NCBI RefSeq assembly: GCF_000253055.1
Contig: NC_016070.1
Location: 540,001 to 572,000 of the forward strand
Direction of reading: 5' to 3'
Source of the DNA: Thermoproteus tenax Kra 1
Lineage (GTDB): Archaea > Thermoproteota > Thermoprotei > Thermoproteales > Thermoproteaceae
DNA length: 32,000 bases
Part shown: piece after piece, positions 26,667-32,000 of the stretch
How the letters are laid out: every line of letters starts with the position of its first letter
Position numbering within the stretch: position 1 is the stretch's first letter
Made by a program: the position numbers and the translations under genes
The notes under the pieces: generated by a model
What the model was told of the DNA's origin: nothing
Database searches by the model: none
What the model saw: the letters and a program-made list of their open reading frames with translations, nothing else

Positions 26667-27716
26667 ATGCCCTACGTTCACCCCGCCGTCCTTGAGTTTG
26701 AGAAAATGGTTTCAGACAAAGAGGCCTACCGCAGACAACTGGAGGAGTGGGTTAAGTACTCATGGCGGTGGGCCCGCAACGATAAATACAAGCTGGTATT
26801 CCGGGTACAAGCGTCAGCGTTGAGAGCCATGAGGGAGTTCTTGGACTCGAAGGGCTTCGTAGAGGTCCTGTCGCCGATAGTGGGGCCCGTCACAGATCCC
26901 GGGATTAGAGGCGCCAAACAGGCCACAATAGATTTCTATGGCGCTGAATACAAAGTGATGTCCTCCGCTATACTGTACAAACAGTACATGGCCGCCTCAC
27001 TGGGCAAGATATATTTCGTCAGCCCCAACATACGCCTTGAACCCAACGACAGCATCTATACAGGCAGACACTTAGTTGAGTTCTATCAGCTGGATCTCGA
27101 GATGTACAAGGCCTCATATGTCGACGCAATGGATCTAGCCGAGGAGCTTGTGGCGTATACAGTCAAGTACATAAAGGATGTCCACGGAAAGGAGCTCGAA
27201 GAAAAGCTGGGGAGACAACTGCCTGAGTTCAAGAGGCCCTTCAAGAGATACAGCCACAGAGAGGCGATAGAGTACGTCAATAAACTCGGCTGTAAGAATC
27301 CGCCTAGGGAGGAGCTCATGTGGGAGTGCGAAAAAATCATGTCGTCCTATCACGACTCGCCGTTCTTTGTGTACGACTACCCGAGGGGCGCAAGAGGCTT
27401 CTATGATAGAGAGGATCCCGAGAGGCCCGGGATTCTCCGCGACTTCGATATGCTTTACCCCGAGGGCTTCGGCGAGGCTATCAGCGGCGCCGAGAGGGAG
27501 TTCGAGCCCGCCAAGTTGGTCGCAAGGATAAGAGAGATGGGCGAGGATCCCATGAAGTACTCTTGGTTCCTCCAGATGGCTAAGGAGCTGTACCCTCTAC
27601 AGACCGCGGGGTTCGGCATAGGCGTGGAGAGGTTGACGAGATATCTGTGCGGCCTTAGGGCGGTCTGGGAGGCCCGGCCCTACCCGAAGGTGGCCGGAAT
27701 AGTCGGAGGGCCCTAA
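26667..27716 (+). CDS. AsnRS-like catalytic-core protein without anticodon-binding domain; archaeal asparagine synthetase type
   Basis: Class II aaRS motifs IRLEPNDSIYTGRHLVEFYQLDLEM and GFGIGVERLTRYLCG; no N-terminal OB fold before the core. Confidence 0.85.
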   Translation: MPYVHPAVLEFEKMVSDKEAYRRQLEEWVKYSWRWARNDKYKLVFRVQASALRAMREFLDSKGFVEVLSPIVGPVTDPGIRGAKQATIDFYGAEYKVMSSAILYKQYMAASLGKIYFVSPNIRLEPNDSIYTGRHLVEFYQLDLEMYKASYVDAMDLAEELVAYTVKYIKDVHGKELEEKLGRQLPEFKRPFKRYSHREAIEYVNKLGCKNPPREELMWECEKIMSSYHDSPFFVYDYPRGARGFYDREDPERPGILRDFDMLYPEGFGEAISGAEREFEPAKLVARIREMGEDPMKYSWFLQMAKELYPLQTAGFGIGVERLTRYLCGLRAVWEARPYPKVAGIVGGP

Positions 27717-27732
27717 GAGGGCCCAAAAAAGT

Positions 27733-28140
27733 TTAGATAAACAGGACCTGGCCGCCCTTAGCTTGTTCTAAGAAGGTGGTGACGCCTACTACATCGTCGA
27801 CGAGCGTTGGGTCGAAGTCCTCCTTCTTCAGACCTGCGGCCTCGGCCATCATCGAACAGACGTATACTTTGGCGCCCATAGACTTCGCTTGTTTTAACAT
27901 GTCCTTCCAGCTGGGAGCCTTGAGGCGGGCCATCCCCTCCTTAAGTTTCGGAACCATGCCCTCAAACTCCTTGGGCCACACCTCGCCCATCGGCTGCTTG
28001 AGCAATTTGAACATGGCCCATCCAGTGAAGAATATGTATACCTCATAGCCCAAAGCGGCGGCCGCCTGAGATATTACTCCTACTGGTATCATTTTATCGT
28101 CGGTGCCCGTAAACACTATCATTGAAATTTTGTCTGCCAT
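27733..28140 (-). CDS. DsrE-family sulfur relay protein
   Basis: KISMIVFTGTDDKMIPVGVISQAAAALGYEVYIFFTGWAMFKLLK...AKVYVCSMMAEAAGLKKEDF; start revised to ATG 28140. Confidence 0.85.
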   Translation of the reverse strand: MADKISMIVFTGTDDKMIPVGVISQAAAALGYEVYIFFTGWAMFKLLKQPMGEVWPKEFEGMVPKLKEGMARLKAPSWKDMLKQAKSMGAKVYVCSMMAEAAGLKKEDFDPTLVDDVVGVTTFLEQAKGGQVLFI

Positions 28141-28223
28141 GAGTTTGTTGAACAAAATTCCTATTTCTACTCTATTACATGAAAAATGTAATAAGAGCTT
28201 TATTGGGACTGGCCCTAGCTCCT

Positions 28224-28463
28224 ATGAGCGAGGGCCGAATCAAAGTCGACGCAAGGGGCATCGCGTGTCCTGGGCCTATAACGGAGCTCGTCAAGGCGTA
28301 CCGAAACGCGAAAAACGGAGATATAATTGAGGTATGGGCCACCGATCCCGGCTTCAAGCCCGACGTAGAGGCTTGGATTAAGAGGACTGGGAATCGGCTC
28401 CTCGAGCTCAGACAGGAAGGCAACGCCATAGTGGCCGTTATCAAGGTGACCGCCAAGAAATGA
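28224..28463 (+). CDS. tusA: TusA/SirA-family sulfur carrier protein
   Basis: VDARGIACPGPITELVKAYRNAKNGDIIEVWATDPGFKPDVEAWIKRTG; start probably ATG 28224 (track 28179). Confidence 0.9.
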   Translation: MSEGRIKVDARGIACPGPITELVKAYRNAKNGDIIEVWATDPGFKPDVEAWIKRTGNRLLELRQEGNAIVAVIKVTAKK

Positions 28464-29647
28464 ACAAGAAGAGGGTCGTCATAGTGGGAGGCGGAGCTGG
28501 AGGGGCCATTGCGGCGAATAACTTGCCTACCAATGAATTCGACGTAGTTGTCGTAGATAAAAACGCCTATCATTACTATTGGCCTTGGCTATTATATATA
28601 GCTTTCAAGGGCTCCAAGAGGCCTATCAAAAAAGAAATAAGAGAGCTGTTGAGACCCAAAGTCTCCTTCATCCAGAGCTCTGTCACAACGATAGATCTGA
28701 ACGAAAGGCGCGTCGTCCTAGAGGGCGGCAAGGCGTTGAGCTACGACTACTTGATAGTCGCCACGGGGTCCTATCCAAATTACCAGCTCATCGGCGGGCA
28801 CGAGAAAGTAGCTGAGAAGTACGGAGACTACCATTCAACGGAGGGACGCGCTTGGGCCGTGTGGAATACTATCAACTCTCTTAGGAGGGGTACTCTGGCC
28901 ATCGTGGTCGGCGGAGATCCGTACAGGTGCCCCCCATCGCCGTTGGAGGGCGTCTTTCTGTCCGAGGAGTTCTTCAGAAGGAGGGGGCTCCAAGATATAG
29001 TGGATATAATATTCGCCGTCCCCTACCCGCGCCCCTACCCAGCTGAGCCCATGAACGAGGTGGTGGAGCCCATTCTGAAAGAGCGAGGGATCGATTACAG
29101 GACCTTTTTTACGTTGGACAGGATCGATGACGAGAGAAAGGTCGCCGTCTCCATGGAGGGCGAGGAGTTGAAATATGATGCGTTGATCGTAATTCCGCCG
29201 CACGTGGGCGCAGATATAAAGTATAGGCCTGAGGACGTTTTGACGCCCGATAGATTTGTCCAAGCCGATAAATTTACTAACAATATAAAGGGCTTCGACG
29301 ATGCGTTCGTAATAGGGGATGCGTCGGCGGTGCCTGTGGCCAAGACTGGTGTGACGGCCCATCTTCAGGCAACTGTAGTCGCCCAACGACTACAGGGCAT
29401 TGACGCGAGGAACACCGGCCGTACAAACTGTCCATTCGATCTGGGCTACGGCCTGGGCGCTTTCGTTATCAGCGACTACAACCACCCGGTGGTCAAGCTG
29501 CCGCCGTCTCGCTTCTCCCACTTGGCCAAGATGGCGTTCGCGGCCGCCTACTGGGATATGGTGAAGTATCCCGAGCTTTGGAACCCTATATTCGACGCCT
29601 ACTTTGAGGCCACCGAGCCGGAGAAGTTGGGTAGAATCTATGTCTGA
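28460..29647 (+). CDS. sqr: Sulfide:quinone oxidoreductase-like FAD-dependent oxidoreductase
   Basis: VVIVGGGAGGAIAANNL dinucleotide fold, YLIVATGS, GDPYRCPPSPLEG with Cys, FVIGDASAVPVAKTGVTAHLQA, TNCPFDLGYG; ATGA overlap with tusA. Confidence 0.85.
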   Translation: MNKKRVVIVGGGAGGAIAANNLPTNEFDVVVVDKNAYHYYWPWLLYIAFKGSKRPIKKEIRELLRPKVSFIQSSVTTIDLNERRVVLEGGKALSYDYLIVATGSYPNYQLIGGHEKVAEKYGDYHSTEGRAWAVWNTINSLRRGTLAIVVGGDPYRCPPSPLEGVFLSEEFFRRRGLQDIVDIIFAVPYPRPYPAEPMNEVVEPILKERGIDYRTFFTLDRIDDERKVAVSMEGEELKYDALIVIPPHVGADIKYRPEDVLTPDRFVQADKFTNNIKGFDDAFVIGDASAVPVAKTGVTAHLQATVVAQRLQGIDARNTGRTNCPFDLGYGLGAFVISDYNHPVVKLPPSRFSHLAKMAFAAAYWDMVKYPELWNPIFDAYFEATEPEKLGRIYV

Positions 29648-30242
29648 GCTCGACGTATTAGCCGCCCAGAACTTGAGCAAAGTGTTAAGCCCTGAGTCTC
29701 TGGGCGCGTTGGCCAAGTTCCTAAACATCCTTGTGAAGGCGGACAAAATAGGCTTGTTGGACACAATTAACGATCTCTTGGACGAATCGGTGACGGCGGA
29801 ATCGGCGCGGGCCCTCTTGACTACGGGCGTCTTTTCCGCCATGTTCAACTTTGAGAGGATATCCTCCCTCTTGGAGTCTCTATCCAAAAACGCCGAAGCT
29901 CTGGAGAGGGGCCTCAAGTTCATTGAGGCTCTGGACAGACTCGGGCTATTACAGAGTCTCGGCGATCTAGCCGATGAAGAGGTCGTAGGCGAGGCGGCAA
30001 GGGCGTTCTTGAACACCGGATCGTTCTATGTCTTAAACGAGATGCCCAAGATCCTCGATATATTTGCCAAGCTCAGGCTCTCCCACGCCCTCGAAAGCGC
30101 CGCGAGTGAGGTATCAGACGAGCCTCCCCCCTCGGCCGTAAACATCGTCTCACAACTGTTGTTAGACGAGGACGTGCGCAGGGGCCTTGCGTTCGTCATA
30201 AAAGTAGCGAGGGAAATAGGCGTCTCTCTGAGGGCTAAATAG
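29640..30242 (+). CDS. DUF1641-family protein with an internal duplication
   Basis: ATG 29640 overlaps sqr stop; C-terminal LLLDEDVRRGLAFVIKVAREIG matches 24266..24694 product; two similar N-terminal repeats. Confidence 0.8.
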   Translation: MSELDVLAAQNLSKVLSPESLGALAKFLNILVKADKIGLLDTINDLLDESVTAESARALLTTGVFSAMFNFERISSLLESLSKNAEALERGLKFIEALDRLGLLQSLGDLADEEVVGEAARAFLNTGSFYVLNEMPKILDIFAKLRLSHALESAASEVSDEPPPSAVNIVSQLLLDEDVRRGLAFVIKVAREIGVSLRAK

Positions 30243-30612
30243 GAACTTGAACCTCGACTTCGACCTCGGGCGGAGTCTGCGATCTATCCACTTTAATGTA
30301 GACCTCCCTAGTGGGAGACCCCAGAGAATACCCGCTGTTCAGAGCCCAGAAGAGCACAGTTGCGTAGGCGTTGTCGACCTTCTCTGCGGATCCCGCAAAT
30401 TTATATACAGCCATCCTAGCAGAGGGCAGAGTCTTGTCTCCGTTTGGGTCTGGGGAGAAGACCTCGACCACCATGTTGTTGCCCTCCTTTCCGTGGAAGA
30501 CTAGTATCACGCCCGGCTTGAGATCTTGCAGAAGGGCCGCCCTATTGGGGACTCTCTTCATTGCGCTGAACCCTCTAACCTCTTGAACTTCTTTGACCTC
30601 GACTTGGGGCAT
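30235..30612 (-). CDS. Stand-alone GyrI-like small-molecule/effector-binding domain protein
   Basis: KTLPSARMAVYKFAGSAEKVDNAYATVLFWALNSGYSLGSPTREVYIKVDRSQTPPEVEVEVQVPI resembles the C-terminal half of GyrI-like effector-binding domains. Confidence 0.6.
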   Translation of the reverse strand: MPQVEVKEVQEVRGFSAMKRVPNRAALLQDLKPGVILVFHGKEGNNMVVEVFSPDPNGDKTLPSARMAVYKFAGSAEKVDNAYATVLFWALNSGYSLGSPTREVYIKVDRSQTPPEVEVEVQVPI

Positions 30613-30638
30613 GGGGCCAAGGTTTATCTATCAAATAA

Positions 30639-31334
30639 ATGTTGATGGCCCCCAGGCCCGGAGACGTAGTGTATAAGTTCGAGGGGCCGTTGAAGCTTGT
30701 CGAAATAGTGGACCGTCCAAACCGCTTTCTAGTTAGAGTGACTGAGAGCGGGACAATCAAGCTGTGCCACCTCCACGACCCCGGCAGATTGCCGGAGTTA
30801 GTGAGGCCTGGAGCAGAGACTCTCGTGAGGCCCACGAGAGGCGCCAAGACGGACTGCTCCGTAACGGCAATAAGGGCGCCCAACGGACACTGGGTAGTCG
30901 CGGACAGCCGTATACACAGCGCTATCGCTAGGAAGTTCTTAGGCGAGGGAGCAGAACAGGAGGTGAAAGTGGGCGGCCACAGACTGGACTTCAAGCTGGG
31001 CGATACATATATAGAGGTCAAGGGATGTACCTTGGTTATTGACGGCGTTGCTCTGTTTCCTGACGCTCCAACGAGGCGGGGGGCGGAGCACATGTCGTTG
31101 CTCAAATCCTTGATAGAGGCTGGCTACAGAGCCAAGGTTATCGTCTTGGTCATGAGACCTGATGCGTTGTGCTTCTCTCCGAACTGGCGGACTGACCCGC
31201 GGTTTGCGGGCGCGTTCGTCGACTTGATAGACGCAGGCGGCGAGGCGGCTGTATATAAGTTTGAGTTTGCAGAGGACGGCTCAGTCGTCTACGCCGGCGA
31301 CATCGGGCTGTGCCCAAACTGGAGGAAGCGCTAG
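30639..31334 (+). CDS. sfsA: SfsA (sugar fermentation stimulation) family protein
   Basis: HLHDPGRLPELVRPGAETLV, DSRIHSAIARKFL, RLDFKLGDTYIEVKGCTLVIDGVALFPDAPTRRGAEHMSLL. True start may be downstream of 30639. Confidence 0.93.
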   Translation: MLMAPRPGDVVYKFEGPLKLVEIVDRPNRFLVRVTESGTIKLCHLHDPGRLPELVRPGAETLVRPTRGAKTDCSVTAIRAPNGHWVVADSRIHSAIARKFLGEGAEQEVKVGGHRLDFKLGDTYIEVKGCTLVIDGVALFPDAPTRRGAEHMSLLKSLIEAGYRAKVIVLVMRPDALCFSPNWRTDPRFAGAFVDLIDAGGEAAVYKFEFAEDGSVVYAGDIGLCPNWRKR

Positions 31335-31370
31335 GGGGCAATACATATAAATAAGGCATAGAGGACGCTT

Positions 31371-32000
31371 GTGGATATTATCTACTTAGTTCTAGCGGCC
31401 CTTCTAGGTTTAGAGATATGGACCGCCATCTACATCTACAGAGGGCTCAAGTCTATAGAGTCTGTGGTATATCCTGTGCTCGCAAACTCGATATGGATAC
31501 GCGAGAACAACAACGCGGTCGTCGAGGTTTTGGCCGATATATTAGCCGCGCGGGGGGTAATAAACTCCGACGAAAGAACCCTCTTGACGTCGCTTGTGCG
31601 CCAGTCTAGGCTGACTCTAAGCGATTTGGACAAAGCTGAGGAGCTCCTAAACAAGAGGCCGGAGGAGCTGACCTCGGAGGATATAAAGGAGTTGAAGCGC
31701 ATAGCTTCCGCTTTGTTAACGTGGCCCACGCGGAAGGCGGTGCGGTTGGCCATACGCCTGTTGTCCTATGTCTCGCAACTTGAGAACGACCGCGGAGTCC
31801 TCTCCGCGGATAAGGTGGAAGTCTCCTACATCGCTGAGACGTGTACGATCAAACTACAAGTAAAGAGGGGCGAGACCGTCGAGACGCTAGAGGAGGCCGA
31901 TGAGGAGTGTGTAGACAAGAGGGCCTCAGCCCTGAGGGAGCTCGCGCGTAAACGGGACGTTAACAACGCCAGAGATGCTCTCTCTATGTACGCGTTGTGT
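31371..32000 (+). CDS. Uncharacterised N-terminally membrane-anchored alpha-helical protein; open to the right edge, absent from supplied ORF track
   Basis: GTG at 31371 opens 210 stop-free codons: MDIIYLVLAALLGLEIWTAIYIYRGLKSIESVVYPVLANSIW...; TATA-like CATATAAATAAG at 31344-31355. Confidence 0.75.
   Translation, partial: MDIIYLVLAALLGLEIWTAIYIYRGLKSIESVVYPVLANSIWIRENNNAVVEVLADILAARGVINSDERTLLTSLVRQSRLTLSDLDKAEELLNKRPEELTSEDIKELKRIASALLTWPTRKAVRLAIRLLSYVSQLENDRGVLSADKVEVSYIAETCTIKLQVKRGETVETLEEADEECVDKRASALRELARKRDVNNARDALSMYALC

Noticed and set aside
1-32000. CRISPR array, rRNA, tRNA, insertion sequence or defence island
   Set aside because: No regularly spaced 24-37 bp repeats, no terminal inverted repeats with a transposase, no Cas, nuclease-methylase or toxin-antitoxin protein, and no clear tRNA were seen on reading. 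This was by eye, so tRNAscan-SE (with intron mode) and CRISPR-finding runs would be decisive.

Overview
This window reads as an ordinary chromosomal segment of a hyperthermophilic crenarchaeon. Thermoproteales (Thermoproteus/Pyrobaculum-like) is my inference from the gene families, densely packed genes and leaderless promoters; I have run no search. I find no CRISPR array, rRNA, confident tRNA or transposon. The window holds about 31 supportable CDSs. They include tandem-hotdog thioesterase, deoC, a PiT-like small permease, srp54, a trmY-like gene facing pus10, an ornithine cyclodeaminase-family enzyme, thiI with a rhodanese domain, an exported PEBP, a 14-TM MFS transporter and an argD/lysJ-type aminotransferase. 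A ~9 kb minus-strand nitrogen cluster carries a split glutamate synthase, glnA, a class II GATase, nadE and a NadE-type nitrilase. Next come a PadR regulator with an Ig-like surface protein, and a translationally coupled cassette (unknown protein, wHTH, DsrC). The rest includes aIF1A, a second GltB-like FMN protein, an archaeal AsnRS-like asparagine synthetase, a sulfur-relay locus (DsrE divergent from TusA-SQR-DUF1641), a GyrI-like protein, SfsA, and an ORF running off the right edge that the ORF track misses. The most interesting signals are: (1) two DUF1641 paralogs, one beside each sulfur-relay locus, one of them internally duplicated; (2) the uncharacterised 138 aa-wHTH-dsrC cassette; (3) the domain-reshuffled glutamate synthase with an apparent degenerate second barrel; (4) a NAD synthetase and its glutaminase as separate genes; (5) an inverted repeat TACAAA-N7-TTTGTA between the padR TATA box and its start codon. 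No wholly new defence or mobile system is evident.
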